Shown here: positions 10,106-19,529 of the stretch, piece by piece
How the letters are laid out: each line of letters opens with the position of its first letter
Position numbering within the stretch: the first letter of the stretch is position 1
Made by a program: the position numbers and the translations under genes
Notes under the pieces: model-generated
Databases searched by the model: none
What the model was told of the DNA's origin: nothing
The model's input: the letters and a program-made list of their open reading frames with translations, nothing else
IMG/VR virus record: IMGVR_UViG_3300032006_002122
Location: 1 to 63,293 of that record
DNA length: 63,293 nucleotides
DNA from: a virus
Lineage: Duplodnaviria > Caudoviricetes
Direction: 5' to 3' (one strand)

Positions 10106-11726
10106 GCCTTATTTGTTCCCAGTAATTTCTTCTGTTGCACAAACTGGCCATAGATTTATAAGCTATTTCTTCGTTAAATGGTTGGTATGACGGCTTTAAT
10201 GAATGTGCTGAGTCTTCATTCAAATACATACCAGCAGTTCCCTCTAAATACATTCCATAATTTAGATCTCTTATGAGTCTGGATTCAAAATATGTATCTA
10301 GCTTTTCTGGTTCACAAAGAACATTTATAATAAGCCATTTTGCATAATCTTTTGCCCCAAGGCCATTGGGAACATTCGGTGATGGGCTAGATATTCTAGG
10401 TGGAGATTTCCAAGTTTCTGATTCATTTTTTAATTCTACAGAATCAAAGTAATCCTCCCAAACCTTTGCAGTTTTGTCCCAATTGTAATGCTTCTTGAAC
10501 TTTTGTTGGGTTTTTCTCCCTTTCTTCATTCTTTCGGATTCAGAAAGTTTGAAGAATTTTTCAATTTCACTTGCTGCAAAATCATTATCTGGGATTGCTC
10601 TGTCACACCCAGTTTCCATTTCTTGATATAAAGTTTTTACTTTTAGCGGTACTCCACCAATCTTTCTTATAACGCTGCTCATAGCTGAATAATCCACGCT
10701 CATTACTGGAACCGCACACGATGCAGCTTCAACTTGTGGCAATCCAAACCCCTCGCTGTTTGCATACTGTATATAAAGATCAAAGATATTCATTATTTTG
10801 GAAAGAGATTCGGCATCTACACCTCTCTGAACACTGGCTAAACCGGCGGCATGTGTTTTGCAGTTTGGGCAAAGTGTTATAGCGTCCTTGAAAAATGTTG
10901 GAAAGAAATGGCCACATTTTGAGCATACATACGTAAACAATACCTTGCTAGAAAGCCCGTACTTATTTATAAGTTTTGGAATGTCCCAGCCTACATCCGG
11001 GTAGCTAGTGTGGCAATATAGATACGTATCATTGCTTCCAGAAGAGTTGAGATATTTTCTAAAAGTTTCAAACAGATCTGGATAGAGCTTCCTTCGTTGA
11101 TTTCGCATAACTGTTCCGACTATCTTTGTAGACGGATCAATTCCCATCTCAGATTTATGCGCTCTTTTATCTGCTATTGGTTTATATGCACTATCCGCTG
11201 AAGGAGGAGCTATTCCCATGCAGTTTATATTTTTACCGCCTTCAGATTTTAGTACATCCATTCCCCATTGAGAATAGTTAAAAACAGCATCTGCATTAGA
11301 GTAGGTGGCTAGCCATTGTTCGTTTTGTGGACACGAATCTACAGTAGGCATTACAGCCCAATGGAATAGATGTCTAAACGGAGACCTTTCTTGATAATCA
11401 AACATCCAAAAGTCGCGAATATCAAAAACGATATCGGGCTTAAAGTTCAAAAGAACTTCTTCAAATCTCCACTCCCCAAACTGATTTGTGGCAACTGAAT
11501 TATATTCCTTGAGTTGTCTTTCATCATTTTCATCTGGGGCATTTCCATAAAATTCCCAAGGTATATCAGAAGCTCTTTCGTCACCAACTGTTCCGTAGCT
11601 AGCAAATTCTGCTAGGTCAAACTTTCCAGACTGATGAAGCCTCTTTAGAACCTCTCTACCATATGTTGCATACCCCGTCATTAGAAACGTGGCTTCGCCG
11701 CAAAATAAAATTCTTTTGTTTCTCAT
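10092..11726 (-). CDS. Glycosyltransferase family 4 with inserted CxxC-CxxC zinc ribbon
   Basis: TGYATYG, RNQRRK, EGFGLPQVEAASC; insertion CSKC...CPNC. Confidence 0.85.
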   Translation of the reverse strand: MRNKRILFCGEATFLMTGYATYGREVLKRLHQSGKFDLAEFASYGTVGDERASDIPWEFYGNAPDENDERQLKEYNSVATNQFGEWRFEEVLLNFKPDIVFDIRDFWMFDYQERSPFRHLFHWAVMPTVDSCPQNEQWLATYSNADAVFNYSQWGMDVLKSEGGKNINCMGIAPPSADSAYKPIADKRAHKSEMGIDPSTKIVGTVMRNQRRKLYPDLFETFRKYLNSSGSNDTYLYCHTSYPDVGWDIPKLINKYGLSSKVLFTYVCSKCGHFFPTFFKDAITLCPNCKTHAAGLASVQRGVDAESLSKIMNIFDLYIQYANSEGFGLPQVEAASCAVPVMSVDYSAMSSVIRKIGGVPLKVKTLYQEMETGCDRAIPDNDFAASEIEKFFKLSESERMKKGRKTQQKFKKHYNWDKTAKVWEDYFDSVELKNESETWKSPPRISSPSPNVPNGLGAKDYAKWLIINVLCEPEKLDTYFESRLIRDLNYGMYLEGTAGMYLNEDSAHSLKPSYQPFNEEIAYKSMASLCNRRNYWEQIRLDQT

Positions 11727-11765
11727 TTCTCCTCATGTAATGATAAAAAGGAGGAATAAAATATA

Positions 11766-11795
11766 AGGCTTGGGGGGTGATCTCCCCCCAAGCCT
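11766..11795 (-). terminator. Rho-independent terminator after ssb
   Basis: Perfect 12-bp inverted repeat AGGCTTGGGGGG/CCCCCCAAGCCT followed by a T-rich tract on the minus strand. Confidence 0.8.
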
Positions 11796-11814
11796 CCTGT
11801 AAGCACTTTAAATA

Positions 11815-12204
11815 TCAGAACGGTGCTTCGGCTGTCTCTTCCGTTCTCTCGCTAGATTCGTTGTTATTTTCAGAATTGCTAGATGGTCTTTTGCCAAATA
11901 GTTTGAAATTATTTACACGAAATCTTACTTGAGACTTCTTGTTACCCTCTTTGTCTTCCCAACGGTTCTGTCTCGCTGTTGTAGAAACAGCTATTTCATC
12001 ACCCTTAAAACAATACTTGCTAATTGTTGTTGCCCCAGAGTCCCAAGCCTCAAAATCAAAATAATCGGTTTTTCTTGTCTTGGTTCCATCCTTTTGTCTT
12101 CTGTACTCATTAATAGCAAGAGTAAATCTTACTACATTTGTATCATTGACTTCTATAAGCTCTGGGTCGCTAACTAGTCTTCCTATAAACGTGCAGTTAT
12201 TCAT
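11815..12204 (-). CDS. ssb: Single-stranded DNA-binding protein
   Basis: MNNCTFIGRLVSDPEL OB-fold start; acidic tail ending EAPF; start refined. Confidence 0.93.
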   Translation of the reverse strand: MNNCTFIGRLVSDPELIEVNDTNVVRFTLAINEYRRQKDGTKTRKTDYFDFEAWDSGATTISKYCFKGDEIAVSTTARQNRWEDKEGNKKSQVRFRVNNFKLFGKRPSSNSENNNESSERTEETAEAPF

Positions 12205-12214
12205 TATATTTTTC

Positions 12215-12712
12215 CTAAAAAACTTCGGTCTGTAGCATCTTATATCCCAATTGCACTCCGTAATGCTCTGCAAGATCCTCCTGATTATAAGAGTCTGGGT
12301 GCGAAATGTAAAACAACTCAGCCAATTTGCCCTCTTTTATTATATCATCTGGGGACAATGGTCCACCCATTATGTCTACAAAGGATGAATCTTTTGGTAA
12401 TTCATCCCCCGTTTCGCTGTAATAAAAAATTAATTTTGGGGAAATTTTTAAACTGTCAACCTTTCTTAGTATGTCTCTGAAGATTATTATCCTCATGGCA
12501 TAAACTGGACACTCTGTGATGCTCTCATCTGAACTCATGGAGGATCGGTATAAAAAACCGTCCTCCTCCATGACATAAGAAAAAATTTCAGATTCTATAA
12601 ACGGCGTGGTAACTAAGTTGGCGGGAAATTCTGCAATACAGCCGTCGACACCTTTCGACTTGGTGATTCTTATAAAATAATCGTTCTCTTTAAAAAATTC
12701 TTCCACGTACAT
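12215..12712 (-). CDS. Hypothetical protein
   Basis: 165-aa ORF co-oriented within the replication block. Confidence 0.55.
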   Translation of the reverse strand: MYVEEFFKENDYFIRITKSKGVDGCIAEFPANLVTTPFIESEIFSYVMEEDGFLYRSSMSSDESITECPVYAMRIIIFRDILRKVDSLKISPKLIFYYSETGDELPKDSSFVDIMGGPLSPDDIIKEGKLAELFYISHPDSYNQEDLAEHYGVQLGYKMLQTEVF

Positions 12713-12744
12713 ATATATCTAACCAGATAACGCCTGTTTTCACA

Positions 12745-14391
12745 TTAAATTTGAGAGACGCTTTTTATTACGATGCCTTCTCGATTTCCGGTTTTTTCTC
12801 CAGATATGAGAACAGTATTTCCTTCCACTAGAAGGTCTTTATACTTTAACCACTCGTCAGAGAAAATAACAACAGAATCAAGCTCACAGGTGCTGTCTTC
12901 CACTGTTAGAAATCCCATTTTCATACCCTTGGATTTCCCTCTGGTTATAGTGTATTCTTCACATCTACTTATTGACACGGCAATTATAACCTTTCCCTCT
13001 CTCCCGTCAAATATTTCTTTGCATGTGCAGTTCGCCCGGCTGGTATCACAAGAATCAACTTTTGAATATGTAATAGAAACTCCCAAGTAATCCTCTTCCG
13101 TTTTTGATATCCAGTCTGGAGTATCTTCTAGGGGATAGGGTGGGTTATCAAGCTGTTTTAAAAGGTCTCCAACAATCTCTCTTCTGGAAACATTGAATGT
13201 TCCCCCGCCTTCTTTTGACAGGGGTTGAAGATCACGCATTGAATCTCTGAGGGAGTTCCATTTTTCAATACCTGACAAAATCCATTCCTGCTCTTTTTTT
13301 GTCAGTTTTTTCCAAGTGTCAAATTCGTACAACATTCTATTTCTGCTAACACCGCCGTGATCCAAACTTCCGGTAGAAATTAGAGAAGTTGTTAAAGTGG
13401 AAGTTATTTTATGAGAAACCGATACTAAAAATTCATACCAGCTAAAATCACTGATATTCTTATTCAGGGCTTCTTCCTGATCTTTTACGTTGGAAACCAA
13501 TTTGTCTACTTGGCTCTGACCTATAGACTTTATGTCTTTTAGTCCGAAATGTATCTTTTTATTATTTATTGAAAATTTGTCATTAATTATTTTAAGAGAC
13601 GGAGGGTAAACAAATATATTAGACAACTTGGCGTCTAAGACAAGCTCTTTGATTTCTTGTTGAGAATCTTGCTTGCCGTCTGCGTGATATAGGTAGCTAC
13701 AGTAAAAATCAAGAGGAAAATGACACTTGCAATAAGCAGACCAGTAACCACAAATAGCATAAGAAACTGCGTGACTCTTATTAAAAGCATATCTATTGGA
13801 TTTTTCGATCCAGCTAAATATCTCTTCCGCAATTTCTTTAGATACAACACCTTTGCTAGCCGCTCCTAAAAGAAAGGAATCTTTGACTTTTGACATCAGA
13901 TCGGCTTTTTTCTTGCCAATGGCTTTTCTGAGATTGTCAGCCTCTTTTAAGTCAAACCCAGCTATCTTTTGGGCTATTTGCATGCTCTGTTCTTGGTATA
14001 CAAGAACCCCTTGAGTGGACCTGAGAATTGGCTCAAGAGACTCGTGCATATATGTAACATCTTCAACTCCATTTTTTCGATCAGCATAGTGCTGTGTCAT
14101 GGATTTTCCGTCTACAATTGCTTTCAAGCAACCCGGACGAAGAAGTGCAGAAAGAGCGGCTAATTGCTCAATAGTCCTTGGTCGAATTCTTTTTGACCAA
14201 GATTTTCCCAAATTGCTTTCAAGCTGAAAGACCCCCTTGGTCCTCCCCTCGCATATTAAATTCCAAGTTTCTTCACAGTCATAATTGATATGATCTATGT
14301 CAAGAGATATAGACGGTAACCCGTTGTCTTCTCGTGTTTCTGTTCCAAGTTTTGTAAATTGACACCCACAGTTAAACGAACAATTTTCCAT
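12745..14391 (-). CDS. dnaE: DNA polymerase III alpha subunit, C-terminal part of split DnaE
   Basis: GVFQLES, LLRPG, VYQEQ, LRKAIGKKK, YAFNKSHAVSYA and an OB-fold (MGFLTVED); lacks the PHP domain and the first catalytic Asps. Confidence 0.92.
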   Translation of the reverse strand: MENCSFNCGCQFTKLGTETREDNGLPSISLDIDHINYDCEETWNLICEGRTKGVFQLESNLGKSWSKRIRPRTIEQLAALSALLRPGCLKAIVDGKSMTQHYADRKNGVEDVTYMHESLEPILRSTQGVLVYQEQSMQIAQKIAGFDLKEADNLRKAIGKKKADLMSKVKDSFLLGAASKGVVSKEIAEEIFSWIEKSNRYAFNKSHAVSYAICGYWSAYCKCHFPLDFYCSYLYHADGKQDSQQEIKELVLDAKLSNIFVYPPSLKIINDKFSINNKKIHFGLKDIKSIGQSQVDKLVSNVKDQEEALNKNISDFSWYEFLVSVSHKITSTLTTSLISTGSLDHGGVSRNRMLYEFDTWKKLTKKEQEWILSGIEKWNSLRDSMRDLQPLSKEGGGTFNVSRREIVGDLLKQLDNPPYPLEDTPDWISKTEEDYLGVSITYSKVDSCDTSRANCTCKEIFDGREGKVIIAVSISRCEEYTITRGKSKGMKMGFLTVEDSTCELDSVVIFSDEWLKYKDLLVEGNTVLISGEKTGNREGIVIKSVSQI

Positions 14392-15055
14392 CTGCAAAAG
14401 CTTTCTCAAATTTCGTCTTGGGAGCCATTGAACGATAAAACTTCATAAATCTTATAAGAATATTTGCAGTATCTTTTACATCCTTGAGTGCGTCATGGGC
14501 ATTTTCTGTGCTTAATCCCATCCAGTCTCTCATAGAATCCATACTGATAGATTTGATATCTGGATTATTTTCTGTCCATAGCCAAATAATATCCATAACA
14601 TCAATTTTATTGATTTTGCTAAACAGACCTTGCTCGTTAGTTTTTTTATTAGTTGGTCCATACTGTTGGCACATTCGCTCAACTATATGCATATCAAAAC
14701 CGTTTATATTATAACCAACAGGAATCGGGGCAAAGAATTGCGTTTTCTTAAAATTATATTTATTAACAAAGTTTGAAAACTTTTGCCACACTTGTTTGGG
14801 AGCGGGGGCTTTAGCCAACTCTTTTCTTGTTTTATTGGTTATTTCAAGAGCTTCGTCTTCAAGTGGGTCTAAACCCATCTCTATGGCTTTGTCGTCATCT
14901 AGTATTGGTCTTATTTCACTGTTAAAGGTGCCTCCCGGCTGCAATTTTAATTTCCTGCCGTGGATAGCGACCGCAGCTATTTGAGTGGGTTGGGTCTTGT
15001 GAGGGTTTCTAGATCCGGTTTCAAAATCAAGAACAATCAAGTCTCTATAATTCAT
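14372..15055 (-). CDS. DEDDh 3'-5' exonuclease (DnaQ-like proofreader)
   Basis: LDFETGS, GYNINGFD, HDALKDV. Confidence 0.9.
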   Translation of the reverse strand: MNYRDLIVLDFETGSRNPHKTQPTQIAAVAIHGRKLKLQPGGTFNSEIRPILDDDKAIEMGLDPLEDEALEITNKTRKELAKAPAPKQVWQKFSNFVNKYNFKKTQFFAPIPVGYNINGFDMHIVERMCQQYGPTNKKTNEQGLFSKINKIDVMDIIWLWTENNPDIKSISMDSMRDWMGLSTENAHDALKDVKDTANILIRFMKFYRSMAPKTKFEKAFADGKLFV

Positions 15056-15629
15056 CTAATACGCTCCTAGCAAAAGCAAAGTGTTCTTTGGTTTCTTCTA
15101 GCTTATCTCTCCCGTGCTGCAAAAGGTAGCTTGGGTGATAGCACGGAACTATTGTTGATCCTATGTAATCAACATGTTTAGCAATTCCAACTATACTTTT
15201 CATAGACGTGGACGGTTTTAGTTTTAGCAGAGTTTTTGATGCTACTGCTCCTAGGGTTATTATAACCTTGGGTTGGAGTTTTTTCAACTCGCTCCAGATC
15301 CAAATTTTACAGGACTGGATTTCGTCGGAGGTTGGAGGTCTATTTGATTTTCCATTATTTTTAGTTGGTCTACATTTCACCATATTGCTTATATATACAT
15401 TATTTTCTCTGCTTAGGTTGCAATCTTTAAGTATTTTATTCAAAAGCTCACCGGCTCTTCCGACAAAAGGCTCTCCCATTATTGACTCGTTTTCACCGAG
15501 AGCCTCTCCAACAATTACTATTTTAGCATCGTGGGGTCCAACTCCGGGTACAGGATGGCAACCATCAGGCATATCCTTGTGGAGGGGGCATCGTTTGCAA
15601 TTTCTTATTTTTTGCTGAATTTCCAGCAT
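15045..15629 (-). CDS. udg: Uracil-DNA glycosylase family 4 (Fe-S)
   Basis: CKRCPL, VGEALG, PFVGRAG, NMVKCRP, YHPSY. Confidence 0.92.
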   Translation of the reverse strand: MLEIQQKIRNCKRCPLHKDMPDGCHPVPGVGPHDAKIVIVGEALGENESIMGEPFVGRAGELLNKILKDCNLSRENNVYISNMVKCRPTKNNGKSNRPPTSDEIQSCKIWIWSELKKLQPKVIITLGAVASKTLLKLKPSTSMKSIVGIAKHVDYIGSTIVPCYHPSYLLQHGRDKLEETKEHFAFARSVLDEL

Positions 15630-15855
15630 ATAGTTGTTTATCCAATTGTAAAAACTTATCTACAGCATTGTCCATATTATTATATATGGCACTAAAGACT
15701 GAAGATAGTCTATAATCTTCACAATGAACCTGATAAGTATCAAGTCTTTGTCTTATTACTGTATTATAGTAATTTCCTACCCTGCAAATGCTTAGAGAGT
15801 TTTTCTCTATAGCGCCTCCACACTCAAGTATTTCCACACATGACTCTTTCTTCAT
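15565..15855 (-). CDS. Hypothetical protein
   Basis: 96-aa ORF overlapping dnaE-N and udg. Confidence 0.5.
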   Translation of the reverse strand: MKKESCVEILECGGAIEKNSLSICRVGNYYNTVIRQRLDTYQVHCEDYRLSSVFSAIYNNMDNAVDKFLQLDKQLYAGNSAKNKKLQTMPPPQGYA

Positions 15856-17776
15856 TATCGAAAGCTCCTAATTTACATAGCTGGTCACGCACTCCCATTA
15901 TCTTGTCTAATAAAGAGACACCGAGAATATCAAATTTTACATGACCCATAGATTCTAAATCCTCCATTTCAAGTCCAGCAATTTTTTCTTTGCTGTTTTT
16001 TTGCCTCACCATTGGGCAAACAGTGTTCAAGTCGTGAGACGAAATAACCACGCCCGCTGCGTGTTTTCCTTGTGATTTGAAAGTTCCTTCAATTCTCATT
16101 GCTTGTTCAAAAAGCTTGGAGTATTCTCCATCAAGAATACCATCTTCGGTTAGGTAGCACCAGTCCTTGAGGCTGTCTGGTTGATTTACCAACGTCCACA
16201 TTATTACAGAAGAACTATCCATCTCTTGAAGCTGGTCAGAAACTTCTGCTTCATGGGGGAGATTCTTAGTTATCCTGTTCATCTCGTCGTAAGAACATGC
16301 ATCGTTGGCTCTGAGAACTTCTTTTATTGCGCTTCTCCCCTGTAGCCGACCAAACGTTATCATCTGGCCAACCTTTTTCTGACCATATTTATTTCTAATA
16401 TATTCTATTGCATCGTCTCTCTTGTCTGCTGGAATATCTATATCAATATCTGGAAGAGAAACGTGTTCTTCTGTATTTCTGCCCGCGTTATAAAATCTTT
16501 CAAAAATCAATCCGTATTCAATAGGATCTACACGAGTTATCCCAATGAGGTAAGAAATTAGACAACCGGCAGCAGATCCTCTCCCCGGACCCGGAATCCA
16601 GTTCTCCTGTCTTGCGTAACGAACAATATCTCTAACGATAAGAAAGTATCCAGCAAGGTTTGCTTCCTTTATTACGAATAGCTCTTCTTTAATTCTTTCT
16701 AGGTATATATTTAAATTTTCTTCGTCGTCTATTTTCCCATTATTTTTTAATAACTTTTTCCACCCCTCTCTACATAGAGATGTTAAGAGGTCGTGTTCAG
16801 AAGAATATCCTTCATGGTTAAATTTTGGAAGCATTGGTTTGTCTAATATGTCATATTCTTCGCAAGTCTCGGATATAGCCAAGCTATTTCTAAGCTCTTC
16901 TTCTGTGTGTAGATCCACCATTTCGTCTTCAGACGGTATGTGGTAATTATTAGAACGAAAGAACGAAGAAAGCCCAACTTCTTGACCTTCAGATAGCTTC
17001 TTTTTTACATTCTTTAGGGTTGTTTTTAGTGCCGCACACAGCAGGAGCCTCTGATCTACCGCATCCTCCTTGGTTGGGTAGTGCGAGTCTGCGGTGGCCA
17101 CAGCGGGTATCCTCGTCTCTCTAGAGACCTCTCTGAGGCAATCTCCGATAACCCTTGCTGCCGGGGAATTCTCTTGGTCGATCAGTTGAATCTCTATGTA
17201 AAAATTTCCATCGCCAAAGATTTCCTGATACTTATTGGACAAAATTTTCGCTTCTTCAAGATAGTTGTCTTTAAGATGCTGCTTAACCTCATTTTCAGAC
17301 TGGGAATTATAAGCCTTTTTCCAGTCGTGAAATAGTATATTAGCAAGATCACTTCCCATGTGTCCGCTAAAAGCTATGAGATTTCCATCACAGTATTCTG
17401 ATAAAATATCTAGATCCAGCCTTGGCTTGAAGTAAAAAAGTTCTTCATCATTACTTCTGGATGTAGCCTCGATTAGTCTCTCCCATCCCACTTTATTCTT
17501 TGCGAGAACCACAAGATGGCTAAGCGTTCTGTTTTCTTTATCCTTTATGGTTGCAGACTTTTCAGATAAATAAAACTCACACCCCAGTATAGGCTTTATG
17601 TCATTTTCTCTCATTGACTTTACAAAAGATACAGCACCGGACACAGTTCCGTGGTCTGTTATTGCGCAAGATTTGTATCCCAAATCCTTACATCTTTTAG
17701 CAACCTGTTTAGGTTTTGATAGACCGTCCAGTAAAGAGTAGTGAGTGTGCAAATGTAGAGGAACCCACTTAGACAT
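15824..17776 (-). CDS. dnaE: DNA polymerase III alpha subunit, N-terminal part of split DnaE (PHP + palm)
   Basis: LHLHTHYSLLDG, TDHG, GRGSAAG, PDIDID, HAAGVVI, KFDILG; the protein ends shortly after KFDILG. Confidence 0.93.
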   Translation of the reverse strand: MSKWVPLHLHTHYSLLDGLSKPKQVAKRCKDLGYKSCAITDHGTVSGAVSFVKSMRENDIKPILGCEFYLSEKSATIKDKENRTLSHLVVLAKNKVGWERLIEATSRSNDEELFYFKPRLDLDILSEYCDGNLIAFSGHMGSDLANILFHDWKKAYNSQSENEVKQHLKDNYLEEAKILSNKYQEIFGDGNFYIEIQLIDQENSPAARVIGDCLREVSRETRIPAVATADSHYPTKEDAVDQRLLLCAALKTTLKNVKKKLSEGQEVGLSSFFRSNNYHIPSEDEMVDLHTEEELRNSLAISETCEEYDILDKPMLPKFNHEGYSSEHDLLTSLCREGWKKLLKNNGKIDDEENLNIYLERIKEELFVIKEANLAGYFLIVRDIVRYARQENWIPGPGRGSAAGCLISYLIGITRVDPIEYGLIFERFYNAGRNTEEHVSLPDIDIDIPADKRDDAIEYIRNKYGQKKVGQMITFGRLQGRSAIKEVLRANDACSYDEMNRITKNLPHEAEVSDQLQEMDSSSVIMWTLVNQPDSLKDWCYLTEDGILDGEYSKLFEQAMRIEGTFKSQGKHAAGVVISSHDLNTVCPMVRQKNSKEKIAGLEMEDLESMGHVKFDILGVSLLDKIMGVRDQLCKLGAFDNEERVMCGNT

Positions 17777-17778
17777 TA

Positions 17779-17955
17779 TTATTTTCCCTTAGCGGTGCTG
17801 TTCCACATGAAGCAATTAACAGATATCCATAGAAAAATCTCTGTTAAAAATGATGGCTCAAATCCTTCAAAAAAAGAAGAAATAAGAGCGGCCCACATGA
17901 AAAGTAAAGCCACAATTTTGTAATCAAATCTAAACCCCAAATCAAGTCTTGACAT
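17779..17955 (-). CDS. Small hydrophobic (two-TM) protein, 58 aa
   Basis: Manual translation MSRLDLGFRFDYKIVALLFMWAALISSFF...; fills the gap exactly. Confidence 0.45.
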   Translation of the reverse strand: MSRLDLGFRFDYKIVALLFMWAALISSFFEGFEPSFLTEIFLWISVNCFMWNSTAKGK

Positions 17956-18581
17956 TACAATCCCATGACCTTTAATTTTCTAATTTTTGACATGGATGTC
18001 TTTGGCATGATGTTTAGAGCGTTAGCCTTAAGGGTGTGAGCACCTTTGAATATTCCAGAAGACTCTGGATATTTAGAAAACATTTCATAAGAAGCCCAAC
18101 CAACTAAATAAACACACATATCATCTAGGTCGGCTAGGGCAAGTACATATATGCAGTCTTCGTGTAGCTCCTTGGGTCTTACCGGCAGAGTATATGTTGG
18201 AAGAGGCTTGTTCTTTCTTCTGATTTTGCTACCCTTGACATCTATTGGGTAGGGATACAAATCAATTCCTCCGTCACCTTCGTATGGATTTTTGTTTCTT
18301 ATTTTTCTTTCTTTGTCGTATGCCCTTCCATTGTCCTTGTTTAGCCACTCTGAAGCAGCGCAAGTTGTGACCTGACCAACTAGTTGGTCTTCACTAAGCA
18401 TTACGGATCGCTTGTCTCTAGACTGATGAATCTGAGAGTTTCCTCCAAGCGTGCATTTTTCTGCATGTATTTTACAGAGTCTAATCAGATGCTCATTTAA
18501 ATTTATTTGTATTATATTATCCCGGCGATTCGTAGTAGCCCAGACTGAAGCCGTCTTTAGTGCATTCGGAAGTCGCGACAT
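17955..18581 (-). CDS. Putative PD-(D/E)xK restriction-like nuclease
   Basis: GDGGID...IDVKGS motif; VYLVGWA. Confidence 0.5.
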   Translation of the reverse strand: MSRLPNALKTASVWATTNRRDNIIQINLNEHLIRLCKIHAEKCTLGGNSQIHQSRDKRSVMLSEDQLVGQVTTCAASEWLNKDNGRAYDKERKIRNKNPYEGDGGIDLYPYPIDVKGSKIRRKNKPLPTYTLPVRPKELHEDCIYVLALADLDDMCVYLVGWASYEMFSKYPESSGIFKGAHTLKANALNIMPKTSMSKIRKLKVMGL

Positions 18582-19524
18582 CTATACCTTCCTTCTTTAT
18601 TTTATCGTGTACATATCTACACATATTAGTATCAGTACCATTCCAATTTGTTTTATAAAAATGGCAAAGATTTTTACATTTCCAATGAGACTGGTCGTTT
18701 GAAAGCATGCAAGGTCTTGTATTATTCTTTATCTGATTAAACCTTTTTCTCAGCATTGCTAAAAATTTTTCTTCATCATTTTTATCAAAGCAAAGCGAGA
18801 ATGGCCCACCATCTTTAATATAAAATATAGTCATTATAGACTGGTCGTATTCTGGAAACATTTTAGATATAGCATAGTAGTATAGTAATAATTGCGGATC
18901 GTTTGACAGCTTATCGTAATCTTTTTCTTCCCCGGTTGCCCAATCTACCCTTCTTCCGGTTTTCCAATCTATAACTTCTATTACACCATCTCCAGACTCG
19001 GTTATTAAGTCTATGGTTCCCTTTAACCTGAGTTTTCCAGATAACGGTGTTTCTCCGGTGTCGTAGTTATATTTAGCCCAAGGGTCTTCTATTTCTATAT
19101 CAAACTGTGGCTCTGTTTCTATAATCTTCCTATTTCTTGGGTCGAACTGGCCGTCGTTATATTCAAGCCCCATCCACACCCATTTTCTACAATTATTTTT
19201 GTCACCTTTGGTGTAATGATGAATGCAATCAGATGTGTAGTGGTCGTAGCTCTTGTCCAGCATTTTGTCTACGAACTTATCTGTAAACAGGGATGACTCC
19301 GTAAACCTAACCCTTCCCAAAGAATCATCTGTAAAGCTAAGCTTATTTTCTTGAAGAGCCTTCTTTGCTCTAGATAGGCATTCCATGACCTTGTGGACAA
19401 TGGTTCCCATCTGAGCCTTCTTTCCAGACGGGCTTCTGTGGCCAAGAACATACGTCATGTAGTATTGTTGTTGGCAAAAATCATAATTATTATAAGAAGA
19501 GCTTCTTATATAAGTTACTTCCAT
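18517..19524 (-). CDS. Cas4/RecB-like PD-(D/E)xK exonuclease
   Basis: SSSY..C, GTIVH, GTIDL, IDWKTG, QLLLY, C-terminal CKNLC. Confidence 0.85.
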   Translation of the reverse strand: MEVTYIRSSSYNNYDFCQQQYYMTYVLGHRSPSGKKAQMGTIVHKVMECLSRAKKALQENKLSFTDDSLGRVRFTESSLFTDKFVDKMLDKSYDHYTSDCIHHYTKGDKNNCRKWVWMGLEYNDGQFDPRNRKIIETEPQFDIEIEDPWAKYNYDTGETPLSGKLRLKGTIDLITESGDGVIEVIDWKTGRRVDWATGEEKDYDKLSNDPQLLLYYYAISKMFPEYDQSIMTIFYIKDGGPFSLCFDKNDEEKFLAMLRKRFNQIKNNTRPCMLSNDQSHWKCKNLCHFYKTNWNGTDTNMCRYVHDKIKKEGIDVATSECTKDGFSLGYYESPG

Positions 19525-19529
19525 CTTTT

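Noticed and set aside
12745-17776. Split intein or group I intron in dnaE
   Set aside because: No intein terminal motifs at the fragment ends, the FNKSH site is intact, and the intervening DNA is fully occupied by ordinary genes
18517-19524. CRISPR-Cas system suggested by the Cas4-like nuclease
   Set aside because: No repeat-spacer array or other cas genes were seen; solo Cas4-like nucleases are common in phage replication modules
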